NCBI GenBank assembly: GCA_036679605.1
Contig: JAZDCZ010000247.1
Coordinates: 32,001 to 96,000, forward strand
DNA: 64,000 nucleotides
DNA from: Gemmatimonadota bacterium
GTDB lineage: Bacteria; Gemmatimonadota; Gemmatimonadetes; Gemmatimonadales; GWC2-71-9
Direction: 5' to 3'
Every line of letters begins with the position of its first letter. Within the stretch, counting starts at the first letter, position 1. The notes below the pieces were generated by a model. The model saw only the letters and a list, made by a program, of their open reading frames with translations. It was not told the origin of the DNA and did no database searches. Shown one piece after another: positions 50,327-60,651 of the stretch. The translations under genes were made by a program, and so were the position numbers.

Positions 50327-51178
50327 ATGGCTAAGCTAGGACGAATCTTACGTTGGAGGCTCTGCATCTGCACAGCCGCGCTCGCCTGCTCTGGAGGCGC
50401 GGCGGCGACTTCTGATCCGACCGATACGGGGCCAACCATGAATCCCGATGCGCCCGGCGTGTTGACGATGCTTGTCAAGCGCCTGCAAAACTCAGCTGTC
50501 CCAACGTCTGCGGACAGCGCGGCGATCAGGGTTTGGCACCCATCGTTCAACCTTAACGTAGTCCAATATATCGCCGTTCCGGACCCCGACTCCACTACGA
50601 GGGTTACGTTCAACCTGCCATCGGGGACCGGCTATGTGGTAGGCATCTTGGTCATCGGGCTACCCCGGGGCGCCGGTCGAAGGTTAATAGCGGGTGGGCG
50701 GCGAGACTCAGTGTCGGTCCTCGCCGACACCAACGTGTTTCTCGATGTTCAGGTCACTCCATGGCAAGCTGAATTGATAGCAGCGCCGAGCACGTTCAAA
50801 AGCGCCACCACTGACTCGGTTCGAATCCTGGTAACAGGCGGGTTTCCTATTAAGCCTGACTTCGGAGTGTTCTGCGGGAGGTTCGTATTCAATTTAGCAC
50901 CATGGACCGACGACTTCGACGGCGTGAACAACCTTCTTTCGTCCGAGCCTTTGAACTGGGTTCAGGCGGACACGTTCGCGACCGTTTTCACCCCTCCGTC
51001 CGTCTTGGCTGATACCACGCTGTGGTTGCAGATGTTTTGTACACTGCAATCCGCCGAGTGGGAGAGTTTTCGGGCGCACGGGTTATGGTTGTTTCTGCCC
51101 GATCAATCGTTGTCGGATACTCTCTGGCATAGACCGATTGTTCCAGGTGGTGGAAGCATTACGATCAGTTTTGAGTGA
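50327..51178 (+). CDS. Putative lipoprotein
   Basis: Basic leader, lipobox ALAC, beta-rich mature part. Confidence 0.6.
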   Translation: MAKLGRILRWRLCICTAALACSGGAAATSDPTDTGPTMNPDAPGVLTMLVKRLQNSAVPTSADSAAIRVWHPSFNLNVVQYIAVPDPDSTTRVTFNLPSGTGYVVGILVIGLPRGAGRRLIAGGRRDSVSVLADTNVFLDVQVTPWQAELIAAPSTFKSATTDSVRILVTGGFPIKPDFGVFCGRFVFNLAPWTDDFDGVNNLLSSEPLNWVQADTFATVFTPPSVLADTTLWLQMFCTLQSAEWESFRAHGLWLFLPDQSLSDTLWHRPIVPGGGSITISFE

Positions 51179-51554
51179 GTAAAGCCCGGCTTAGCTAAGC
51201 CAGGGCCGCGTGTCTGGTAGCCCTGCCATGAGCCCAAGCCGCAGCTCACCCGTAGCTTGCCCCACAGGGGCCTGCGCTCGCCTGTCCGCCTGCCTTTGCG
51301 AGTAAGTAGCAGCACGAGCAGCAGCGATTCGGCTTGGCGAGCCGGTCCGTCATGGATCGCTCGCCTTTTGTTGCGGTGTGCCAATAGTGTGCCAAAACCG
51401 GCTAGCCAACATCATTGCGATGGGTCGCACGTGAATAGGAAGCGTAAAGTGGCGGGATGTGGAGGCGGCGTTGGCCTCCGACGACGAAATCGCTTCGTGA
51501 TCCGACTGGTCCGCCAGGCATTCCAGAAACAGAGGGACAACAGAGAATGAACTC

Positions 51555-53033
51555 ATGATCACAGGCGAACTCAAATCCAAGGTCGACCGCATCTGGGACA
51601 CGATGTGGTCCGGCGGTATCTCCAACCCACTGTCCGTCATCGAGCAGCTCACCTACCTGCTCTTCATCAAGCGGCTGGACGAGCTGCACACGCTGAAGGA
51701 GCACAAGGCGGCCCGCACCGGGAAACCTATCGAAGATGCGGTGTTTACCGCCGACCAGGACAATCTCCGTTGGTCGCGGTTCAAGGAGACGGCACCGGAG
51801 ACCATGTTCGAGACCATGCGCGATGAGGTGTTTCCCTTCATTAAGTCGCTGGGCAGCAACGGGGACGGTGAGGATGACTCCACTTACACCCACCACATGA
51901 AGGACGCCCTCTTCATGATGCCCACGGCCCGGGTGCTGGCCAATGTGGTCGATCAGCTCGACGGCATCGACATGGCCGACAGCGATACCAAGGGCGACCT
52001 CTACGAGTACATGCTCGGCAAGATTGCATCAGCCGGGCAGAACGGGCAGTTCCGCACGCCGCGCCACATCATCAAGCTGATGGTGGACATGACAGCACCC
52101 AAGCCGAAGGACGTGATCTGCGATCCGGCGTGCGGCACCGCGGGTTTTCTCATCGCAGCCTCCGAGCACTTGGTCGAGCACCACAGCGACAGCATCTACA
52201 AGAACGCCGCCGCCCGACGGCGTTTCAACGAGGGCACTTTCCACGGCTACGACTTCGACAACACCATGCTCCGGATCGGCAGCATGAACATGCTGCTGCA
52301 CGGCGTGGAGAACCCGGACATCCGCTACCGGGATTCCCTGGCCCAGGCGGAAGACGACCACGCGGAGGAGTACTCCTTGGTCCTCGCCAATCCGCCCTTC
52401 GCCGGCAGCCTCGACTACGAGTCCACCGCCAGGGACCTGCAGCAGGTCGTTAGAACTAAGAAGACCGAGCTGCTCTTCTTAGCACTCTTCCTGCGTCTGC
52501 TCCAGACCGGCGGCCGCGCTGCCGTCATCGTGCCCGACGGCGTGCTGTTCGGATCGAGCAAGGCGCACAAGGCCCTGCGCAAGATTTTTGTCGAAGAGCA
52601 GAAGCTCGACGCCATCATCTCCATGCCCTCGGGCGTCTTCAAACCCTACGCCGGGGTCTCCACGGCTATCCTGCTCTTTACCAAGACCAACTCCGGCGGC
52701 ACCAATGACGTCTGGTTCTACGACATGCAGGCCGACGGATTTTCCCTCGACGACAAGCGCACCCCACAGTCTGAGAAGAGCGATCTCGCCGACATCCTTG
52801 CCCGTTGGCGGAACCGCGACGCCGAGGACGAGCGAGCGCGGACGGACCAGAGCTTTCTCGTGCCCAAGGCCGAGATCGCGGACAACGACTACGACCTCTC
52901 AATCAACCGCTACAAGGAAGTGGAATACGAAGCGGTGGAGTACGACCCGCCCAAGGTGATCCTTTCGCGGCTCGCGGAGCTGGAGGTGGAGATCGCCAGG
53001 GGGCGTGAGGAGTTGGACGGGTTGTTGGGATGA
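51555..53033 (+). CDS. hsdM: Type I R-M methyltransferase subunit
   Basis: GQFRTPRHII, DPACGTAGFL, LANPPF, IVPDGVLFG. Confidence 0.95.
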   Translation: MITGELKSKVDRIWDTMWSGGISNPLSVIEQLTYLLFIKRLDELHTLKEHKAARTGKPIEDAVFTADQDNLRWSRFKETAPETMFETMRDEVFPFIKSLGSNGDGEDDSTYTHHMKDALFMMPTARVLANVVDQLDGIDMADSDTKGDLYEYMLGKIASAGQNGQFRTPRHIIKLMVDMTAPKPKDVICDPACGTAGFLIAASEHLVEHHSDSIYKNAAARRRFNEGTFHGYDFDNTMLRIGSMNMLLHGVENPDIRYRDSLAQAEDDHAEEYSLVLANPPFAGSLDYESTARDLQQVVRTKKTELLFLALFLRLLQTGGRAAVIVPDGVLFGSSKAHKALRKIFVEEQKLDAIISMPSGVFKPYAGVSTAILLFTKTNSGGTNDVWFYDMQADGFSLDDKRTPQSEKSDLADILARWRNRDAEDERARTDQSFLVPKAEIADNDYDLSINRYKEVEYEAVEYDPPKVILSRLAELEVEIARGREELDGLLG

Positions 53034-53199
53034 TTCGCCTCAAGGTCTTCATCAGCTCCGTACAACCGCGAAACGAGTATTCTCAGAATTGGTTGCTGAG
53101 GGAGTATTGGTGAAACAAGGTGCCGGACGTTCCACCCATTATCGGCTCAACGAGCCGCTTATGAGCCGATTAGAAGCTGATTATGAGCCAATTGTCTAG
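53030..53199 (+). pseudogene. Internally deleted DUF4062...wHTH gene remnant
   Basis: MIRLKVFISSVQ (DUF4062-like start, ATGA-coupled to hsdM) joined out of frame to TAKRVFSELVAEGVLVKQGAGRSTHY (wHTH end). Confidence 0.55.
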
Positions 53200-53292
53200 G
53201 CCAGTAGGGGTGGCGGACCCGAAGCAAAGACCGACTCGACTGGCGGAGCTGGAGGTCGTTAAGGGGCGTGAGGAGTTGGAGGGGTTGTTGGG

Positions 53293-54459
53293 ATGATGGC
53301 GCACCCGAAGGTGAATCTCTCAGATGCTTGTGCTATCTCTATGGGGCAAGCCCCCAAGGGAACCAGCTACAACACTGATGGGAGAGGTTATCCGCTGATC
53401 GCGGGTGCTGGCGATTTCGGCGAGGAAACACCTACACCTGGGAAGTACACAGATGCCCCGACAAAGATATCCCGGCCGGGTGATGTGGTTCTTTGCATCC
53501 GAGCAACAATTGGTGACCGGAATTGGTCAGACAAGGAATATTGCCTTGGAAGGGGTGTAGCAGGACTACGGGCCAATGAATAGGAATTGAGCCAAGGCTA
53601 TCTTTGGCACTGGTTGGGCCATGCCGCTCCGGCCCTAAAATCAAAAGGTCGTGGGGCGACTTTTCTGCAGGTTTCTAAGGCTGACATTGCTTCGCTCCAA
53701 ATCCCTCTCCCGCCCCTCGCCGAGCAGAAACGGATTGCGGGGATTCTGGATGCGGCGGACGCTTTGCGGGCCAAGCGCCGCGAGGCCCTCGCCCAGCTCG
53801 ACACCCTGCTCCAATCCACCTTCCTCGAAATGTTCGGCGACCCCGTCACCAATCCGATGGGGTGGAGCGATGGGGTCACGATGGGAGAGGTTGCAGAAAT
53901 CGTCTCTGGTCTGGCGAAGGGACGAAAGCTCAAAGATCAACCGACCCGAGAGCTCCCCTATTTGGCGGTTGTGAACGTCCAGGATCGTCGTCTTGTACTT
54001 GATCCCCTCAAGCGAATACACGCAACCGAGAAGGAGATTGAGCGTTATCGCCTTCAGGAAAACGACCTGCTGATGACTGAAGGCGGAGACCCAGACAAGT
54101 TGGGCCGAGGCACGCTATGGCACGGAGAAGTTGATGAGTGCATTCACCAGAATCACATTTTTAGAGTTCGTCTACACGATGACAGACTGCAACCAGCCTT
54201 CCTCAATTGGCTCGTAGGCAGCGACCGAGGGAAGCGTTACTTCCTTCGACAGGCAAAGCAGACGACTGGAATCGCGACAATCAACTTGACTCAACTACGC
54301 AGGTTCCCGCTACTGATGCCTCCCCTCGATCTCCAACACCGCTTTGCCACCATCGTCGAGTCCATCGAGCAACAGAAGGCCAGCCAGCGCGCCCACCTGA
54401 CCGAACTCGACACCCTCTTCGCCGCCCTGCAGTCCCGCGCCTTCCGAGGCGACCTCTAG
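53293..54459 (+). pseudogene. hsdS: Type I R-M specificity subunit interrupted by an in-frame TAG at 53581-53583
   Basis: Two TRDs with IPLPPLAEQKRIA and PPLDLQHRFA conserved repeats; both ORF halves share one frame. Confidence 0.88.
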
Positions 54460-54464
54460 CCCCC

Positions 54465-57400
54465 ATGGAAGTCTCCGCAAACTTCGCGTTCCTGAAGCAG
54501 GAGTTCCCGTATGCTGCGGAGAGCGCGAGCCTTGCCGAGCGGCATGTCTACGGCGACCCGCGCGCTTCCTGCTTTCATGCTCGGCATGCGTTGGAGCGAC
54601 TGGTCATGCGGGTTTACAGGGTGGACAAGACCCTAAGTCCGCCAAAGGTCACGAACTTGGACGGCTACCTGAATGAGCCAGCCTTCCGCGAACTCGTGCC
54701 CGAGGCCGTCTGGCAGAAAGCCGAGTACGTCCGACTGGCCGGCAACACTGCGGTGCACGGAAAGAAGGCACCGGAGTCGGAGAAGGCGTTGGAGATCGTG
54801 CGAGAACTTTCACATCTCCTTTACTGGGCGGGCCGCACTTACCTGCGGAAAGGTGCAGAGGAACTTCAGGGGAAAACCTTCGACGAATCACTCATCCCCA
54901 GGATGGACGCCACGAGCACGCCTGCAAACCTCGAAGAGCTTGAGGCGCTCAAATCCCAACTCGATGCTGCGGAGGACGTTCGCAAGGAAGTTGAGGACGA
55001 GCTTGAAGCGTTGCGGGAACAGCTCGCGGCCATCAAGGCGGAGAATGAGGCCGTCCCCGATACCCACGATTGGAACGAGGACAAGACCCGCAAGCTCATC
55101 ATCGACCTCGCGCTGCAGCGTGCCGGCTGGCCGCTCGATCAAGAACAGGATCGCGAGTACGAAGTGACGGGCATGCCCAACAAGAAGGGCATCGGTTACG
55201 CCGACTATGTCCTGTGGGGAGACGACGGCAAACCGCTGGCGGTGGTGGAGGCGAAGAAGACCACGGTCGATCCGGAGGTGGGACAGCAGCAGGCAAAGCT
55301 CTACGCCGACTGCCTGGAGAAGATGCACGGCCAGCGTCCCGTCATCTTCTACACCAATGGATACAAGACGCGCCTGTGGGACGATCTCTTCTATCCGCCG
55401 CGCACGGTCGCCGGGTTCTACAAGAAGGACGAGCTGGCGTCTCTGATCCTTCGTCGAGCGCAGCGAGCGCCGCTGGACGTGGCCCAGGTGAAGGATCGAA
55501 TCGTCGAGCGGTACTATCAGAAACGAGCCATCGGCAGCATCGCCGAGCAGTTCGCGCAAGCGCGGCGCAAGACACTGCTGGTGATGGCCACTGGCTCCGG
55601 CAAGACCCGCACGGCGATTGCGCTGGTGGACCTGCTGCAGCGGGCGGGCTGGGTGAAGCGGGCGTTGTTTCTGGCCGACCGGGTCTCGCTGGTGAACCAA
55701 GCGGTGGGTGCGTTCAAGGCGCATCTGCCGGAGTCGAGCCCGGTGAACTTGGTGACCGAAAAGGACGAAGCCGGACGAGTCTACGTCTCCACCTATCCGA
55801 CGATGATGGGCCTGATCGATGAGACGAAGGGCAACGAGGCGCGCTTCAGCGTAGGGCATTTCGATCTCGTGATCATCGACGAGGCACATCGCTCGGTCTA
55901 CCAGAGGTACGGCGCGATCTTCCGCTACTTCGACTCGCTGCTCGTCGGCCTGACCGCGACCCCGAGCGACCAGGTCGATAGGAACACGTACGAACTCTTC
56001 GACCTGCAGCCGGGTGTGCCGACCGACGCCTACGAACTGGAGACCGCCGTAGCCGACGGCTTTCTCGTGCCGCCTCGCGTGCAGCAGGTGGATCTGAAGT
56101 TTCCGCGCGAGGGAATCGACTACGACTCGCTCAGTGATGAGGAGAAGGAACAGTGGGAGAGCCTCGACTGGGGTGATGACGTGGACGAGCACGGCCTTCC
56201 GGACCGGGTCAACGCCAGCGCCATCAACAGCTGGCTCTTCAACAAGGACACCGTTGATAAGGTGCTCCAGCACCTGATGGAACACGGTCACAAGGTCGAA
56301 GGCGGCGACCGGCTGGCCAAGACGATCCTCTTCGCCCGCAATCACGAGCACGCGAAATTCATCGAGGAGCGGTTCAATCATCACTACCCGCATCACGCGG
56401 GGCACTTTGCACGCATCATCGACCACTACGCCAAGTATCCGCAGAGCGTGCTCGACGACTTTTCGCAGAAGGACAAGGCGCCGCGCATCGCGATCTCGGT
56501 GGACATGCTCGACACCGGAATCGACATTCCCGAAGTGGCGAACCTGGTTTTCTTCAAGCCGGTTTACTCGAAGATCAAGTTCTGGCAGATGATCGGACGC
56601 GGCACGCGGCTCTGCCCGGAGCTCTTCGGTCCGGATGACGACAAGCAGGACTTCCGCGTCTTCGACTTCTGCTTCAACTTCGACTTCTTCCGGGAAAACC
56701 CCGATGGCATCGAGCGTGGTGGCGGCGTTCCACTCGGCACACGGCTCTTTCGCTCTCGCGTGCAGTTGCTCGGCCACGTTCAGGCAGCGCCAGAGTTGGA
56801 TCGGGACGCCGCGCTCAAGGGATCGCTCACCACTGGACTGCACGGGGAAGTGGCGGCGATGAACCGCGAGAACTTCATCGTGAGGATGCACCTGGAGGCA
56901 GTGGACCGTTTTCAGAATCGTGAGGTTTGGGAGCAGCTCGACGAAGGCGATCGTGAGACTCTGGAGCGTGAGGTCGCCGGGATACCCAGCGAGATCGAGA
57001 CGGATGACATCAAGTCCCGCCTGTTCGACTTGACGGCGCTGAAGATGCAACTGGCCCTCGCTGAGGGCGACATGGGAGTCTACGAGACTCATCGCCAGCG
57101 GCTCGTGGAGATCGCCATGATGTTGGAGGAGAAGAGCACGATCCCAGTAGTGAAGGCCCAACTCGAATACCTGGCCTCCATGCAGGAGAACGTTTTCTGG
57201 GAGGGGATCGACCTGAACGGTCTCGAGAAGCTGCGCCTACGGCTGCGTGGACTCGTGCCCTTCCTGGACAAGAATAAGCGCAAGATCGTCTACACGGACT
57301 TCAAGGACGAAGTGATGCGTGTCCGCGACGAAACGGTGGACTTCATCCCGAAGATGACCGGCGCGCAGTATGAGAGGAAGGTCAAAGTCTACTTACGCGG

Positions 57401-57851
57401 TCACCAGGACCACATCGTGATCCATCGACTGCGGACCAACCAGCCGCTCACCGAGACCGATCTGCAAGGGTTGGAAACGACCTTGACCGAGATCGGTGAA
57501 GAGGACGGAGAGACCCTGCTTTCCGGACTGCTGGCGCGCAGTGGCGCACCGTCGTTGGCGCACTTCATCCGCAGTCTCGTGGGCCTGGACCGTTCCGCCG
57601 CGCAGTCGGCGTTTTCTGAGTTCCTGAACGACCGGAGTCTCACGCCACCGCAGATCCGCTTCGTCGAGACGGTGATCGACCAGCTCACGGCCCGAGGCGT
57701 CATGGACGCATCAGCGCTCTACGAGCCCCCCTTCAGCAATCTGCACGCCGGTGGACCTGATGAGCTGTTTGGTGACAAGGAGAACGTGATCGAGGGGATC
57801 TTTGAGAGATTGAAAGCGGTCCATTCAGGGTTGGTCTCGGAGACAGGCTGA
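54465..57851 (+). CDS. hsdR: Type I restriction endonuclease subunit R (EcoKI/EcoAI-like)
   Basis: ADYVL...VVEAKK nuclease motif, MATGSGKT, DEAH, LTATP, MLDTGID, QMIGRGTR. Confidence 0.95.
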   Translation: MEVSANFAFLKQEFPYAAESASLAERHVYGDPRASCFHARHALERLVMRVYRVDKTLSPPKVTNLDGYLNEPAFRELVPEAVWQKAEYVRLAGNTAVHGKKAPESEKALEIVRELSHLLYWAGRTYLRKGAEELQGKTFDESLIPRMDATSTPANLEELEALKSQLDAAEDVRKEVEDELEALREQLAAIKAENEAVPDTHDWNEDKTRKLIIDLALQRAGWPLDQEQDREYEVTGMPNKKGIGYADYVLWGDDGKPLAVVEAKKTTVDPEVGQQQAKLYADCLEKMHGQRPVIFYTNGYKTRLWDDLFYPPRTVAGFYKKDELASLILRRAQRAPLDVAQVKDRIVERYYQKRAIGSIAEQFAQARRKTLLVMATGSGKTRTAIALVDLLQRAGWVKRALFLADRVSLVNQAVGAFKAHLPESSPVNLVTEKDEAGRVYVSTYPTMMGLIDETKGNEARFSVGHFDLVIIDEAHRSVYQRYGAIFRYFDSLLVGLTATPSDQVDRNTYELFDLQPGVPTDAYELETAVADGFLVPPRVQQVDLKFPREGIDYDSLSDEEKEQWESLDWGDDVDEHGLPDRVNASAINSWLFNKDTVDKVLQHLMEHGHKVEGGDRLAKTILFARNHEHAKFIEERFNHHYPHHAGHFARIIDHYAKYPQSVLDDFSQKDKAPRIAISVDMLDTGIDIPEVANLVFFKPVYSKIKFWQMIGRGTRLCPELFGPDDDKQDFRVFDFCFNFDFFRENPDGIERGGGVPLGTRLFRSRVQLLGHVQAAPELDRDAALKGSLTTGLHGEVAAMNRENFIVRMHLEAVDRFQNREVWEQLDEGDRETLEREVAGIPSEIETDDIKSRLFDLTALKMQLALAEGDMGVYETHRQRLVEIAMMLEEKSTIPVVKAQLEYLASMQENVFWEGIDLNGLEKLRLRLRGLVPFLDKNKRKIVYTDFKDEVMRVRDETVDFIPKMTGAQYERKVKVYLRGHQDHIVIHRLRTNQPLTETDLQGLETTLTEIGEEDGETLLSGLLARSGAPSLAHFIRSLVGLDRSAAQSAFSEFLNDRSLTPPQIRFVETVIDQLTARGVMDASALYEPPFSNLHAGGPDELFGDKENVIEGIFERLKAVHSGLVSETG

Positions 57852-57950
57852 TCACAAGTGCGACGGCGAAGCTGAAGACGATAACCCGACAGAGCGGACC
57901 ACCTCCACCACCTGGCTACCGGGATAATCTCCTAGTTGTGGTGGCGGTAC

Positions 57951-58088
57951 CTAACTGGTCAGTATGGCGTCCATGCGGTGGGCCGCTCCTTGTTGCATAT
58001 CCGGGAGCACATGACTGTACACATCGAGAGTCAGGGTGGCACTCGCATGACCGAGCCTCTCGGAAACAATCTGTTTTCGGCTTAACCC
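57951..58088 (-). pseudogene. Tyrosine integrase C-terminal remnant
   Basis: Manual translation IVSERLGHASATLTLDVYSHVLPDMQQGAAHRMDAIL*, with catalytic His and Tyr. Confidence 0.85.
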
Positions 58089-58096
58089 GGTGTCCA

Positions 58097-59258
58097 CTAG
58101 AACTCAATCGCGTACTTGGGCGAAAACGTCTGGTTCGTGGCGCGGGCACTCTGAATACGATCGACCCGGTAAGAGCGATGCTCGCCGCTGTCGGCGCGGA
58201 TCGCGTGCATAACAAGGTTGCCGGCACGCGTGCTCCTGAGGGAATAGGGTTCAATCGTGCGGACACTGCCGCCGTACCCTAACTCAACCAAAAGGTGATT
58301 GACCGCGGCGAACCGTATGGTCTCCAGAGGTGCCGTGAAGCCCCAGGTTTGAGCCGTGCCCGGTGGAACCCACAGAGCATCTTCCTGTGGCGCGTAGGGT
58401 GCAACTCGCGGACGGCTCGGCCGCACGGTAGTTCCTTCGAGCCAAGTCAATAGCTGTGCAAGAGCTTCAAGGAATGAGTCGAGCGGTGGCAATTCGGGGA
58501 GTTGGTGGGCCCAGCATGTTGGCCCACTCGGACTCGAGTTCGGCGCGTGTTTCGGCCGTCAGGACCGCATCTTGAGTCGGTACAGGAACTCCCTTGCTAT
58601 CGCACTTCTCGACCAGGATGGCACGGATCTCGGTGGGATCCGTAGCCAAGTCTTCCCGTCTGAAGAGATTGATGATGTCGTATAGGTCTCGTGGTCGACC
58701 GCGCTCGCCCATGGCGCGGATCTTCTCGGCGAATACTTCCTCAAAACAGTAGCATCGAACCGTTCCCGGTTCATGCGGCGCGTCAGGGTACGGGTGTGAA
58801 ACGGACCGGAAGACTGTGGGGCGAACCACGCGTTCGGACGCGCTCAGGTCAAGCTTTATGCTAGCAACACCTGGAGTAGCTCGGGGGCCGATGTAGTACA
58901 CTCGTCCCTCCGTATACGCTCCAGATGGGTGGCCCTTGAGAAGAGGTTCCCGCCGACTGAAATCAATCCCGCTGTTTTGCGCCACATCATTGAGTATGTC
59001 GAGCAGGTACGGCTGCACGTCGTCGGGATGAACCGGTCCATTCGGTAAGACCGTGAAATCGAGGTCCTCTGAGAATCGGTAGGCCTCTATGAAGCACTTC
59101 TTGAGACTCGTCCCACCCTTGAACGCCCAAAGGTCCCGCAACACGTTATTCCGTCCAATACCCCATAAGACCCAGCCAATGACATAGTCCTTCTCAACTA
59201 CATCCTTGCGCAGTCCCCACTCACGAACCCGTTGCTCAATATCGATGCGCGAGATCAT
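58097..59258 (-). pseudogene. abiEii: AbiEii nucleotidyltransferase fused to a WYL domain, +1 frameshift near 58510
   Basis: VEKDY, FKGGTSL, RFSEDLDF, EKIRA, RDLYD; second frame IEPYSL...RSYRVDRI (WYL). Confidence 0.82.
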
Positions 59259-60061
59259 GACGGCGCTGTGTCGTCCAGGTTGATGTTGACACGTAGGTTC
59301 CACCGCTTCACGATACGTCCCTTGCGCTTTACTGAGGGATCGAGAGCCGAAAGCCCAGAGCTCAGATTATCGAGGCAAACGCGGATAGCTCCGGCTGCCT
59401 CGATCTGGAGGCGCTCAAGCAAGAACCCCAGTCGCTTGAAGACCGTCCGGTTTCCCAGACGGAAAGCGTAGTCGACTAGTAGATTTTCGTCGCGAAGGTC
59501 GCCCGACCAGTACTCGTGCAGCACCCCAGCGACGTGGCGGATGCCACCCCCTAGCGGTGGGTCGTCGAGGACGTCCAGAATGGTCCTCGATGGATCCGAA
59601 ACGTTGATTGGGATTCTCTCTCTCCAAACAACTGTAGTGCCAAACTGCCTATTCTTGGGCACATGCTTGAGACGAAACGCCTGGCTCTGAATGTCGAGTG
59701 AGGATGCTCGAACAGGGCGGGCCGTCATTACCACGACCGAACGAAAGACTTGCTCAGTCAGCGACCAGTGCTCGGCAGCGCTCCATCCCCCGATATAGCA
59801 GGGAGCGAAAACTCGAACTGCAATGGCCCACGGGTCGTCACGCCAAGCGGACGGCTCGGTGGCTCCAAGGGGAACCGTCGTGTAAAGGCCCCGCCGGATC
59901 CGAGACAGCCACCCTCGTTCCGCAAGATATCGCAGCAGGCGTCCCGCGCGGCGGTGGTCAACCGCGAGTACCTTCGCCGCGTCCTGAACGGTGAATGGTC
60001 CAGTGGTGTCGCGGTGCAACTTCTCCAACAGCGCACGGTTGGCCTCTTCAATCCCCCGCAT
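59255..60061 (-). CDS. abiEi: AbiEi-family antitoxin / transcriptional regulator
   Basis: N-terminal wHTH RIRRGLY, YIGGWSAAEHWSLTEQ, SDPSRTILD, KRLGFLLE; ATGA overlap with the toxin gene. Confidence 0.88.
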   Translation of the reverse strand: MRGIEEANRALLEKLHRDTTGPFTVQDAAKVLAVDHRRAGRLLRYLAERGWLSRIRRGLYTTVPLGATEPSAWRDDPWAIAVRVFAPCYIGGWSAAEHWSLTEQVFRSVVVMTARPVRASSLDIQSQAFRLKHVPKNRQFGTTVVWRERIPINVSDPSRTILDVLDDPPLGGGIRHVAGVLHEYWSGDLRDENLLVDYAFRLGNRTVFKRLGFLLERLQIEAAGAIRVCLDNLSSGLSALDPSVKRKGRIVKRWNLRVNINLDDTAPS

Positions 60062-60122
60062 CGGTATATTATAACTACTGTACCGCCCACTGGAAAGGCG
60101 TTACGGCAGTCACAATATACCG
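60062..60122. promoter_or_regulatory. Inverted-repeat operator upstream of abiEi
   Basis: 21-bp arms at 60062-60082 and 60102-60122, 17/21 dyad match, abutting the start codon. Confidence 0.7.
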
Positions 60123-60651
60123 ACCGGGCTGGTCTTAACTTCCAAGATCCGGAAATCTCAACCTGTCTCAGTTGGAATGGTCCTGAAAACAGGGAGCAGT
60201 CCAACAAAACCAGCGAAATGTCCCAAAAACGTCACCTCATGCCCCAAAAACGACGCTTCAACGCCTTTCAGTTCGGCCATCCTCGGCGCGACGTGGTGCG
60301 GATGTTACAAGCCGCGATTCGGCGTCGACGAAGCACGAGTAAGCGTGTTCTGGTAGCGAATCGGGTAAAGGACTTTAGCCGAATTAGGATGCGAGATGCG
60401 ATCTATGCAACCGGATGGGACGGCACCGTTGTCGTACGGGCAACAAACGCAGGACAGTACCGTGTGACCGTTGCGGACCAGGCTGAGCCGAGCTGCTAGG
60501 GCGTGGATCAACGGCGGATCGGCCGATGTAAGCAGCTTACAGGCAACCTAGAGTCAGGGTAGCGTCGGGCAGAGGAGTTGCATTATTTACTAAATACTGT
60601 AGTTTTACGTATCCGTAAATTGATGTTTTGCAGTATAACTGTCTGTCAAAT

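Noticed and set aside
33990..53590. Amber recoding suggested by several in-frame TAG codons (XRE copy 1, about 43410, the vapC junction, hsdS)
   Set aside because: Many intact genes here end in TAG (for example the DPP IV, SPFH and aceB genes), and the interrupted ORFs lie in a decaying island with frameshifts as well.
54207..54464. N-terminal extension of HsdR given by the ORF track
   Set aside because: It overlaps hsdS in another frame and is low-complexity; the ATG at 54465 just after the hsdS stop is the plausible start.
54888..57161. 757-aa antisense ORF inside hsdR, and similar long shadow ORFs elsewhere
   Set aside because: It is a codon-bias shadow of a high-GC gene with no motifs and fully overlaps a confident gene.
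60218..60499. Small ORF starting with a 21-bp imperfect tandem repeat (ATGYCCCAAAAACG...)
   Set aside because: No recognisable motif or clear RBS; I cannot tell coding from regulatory sequence.
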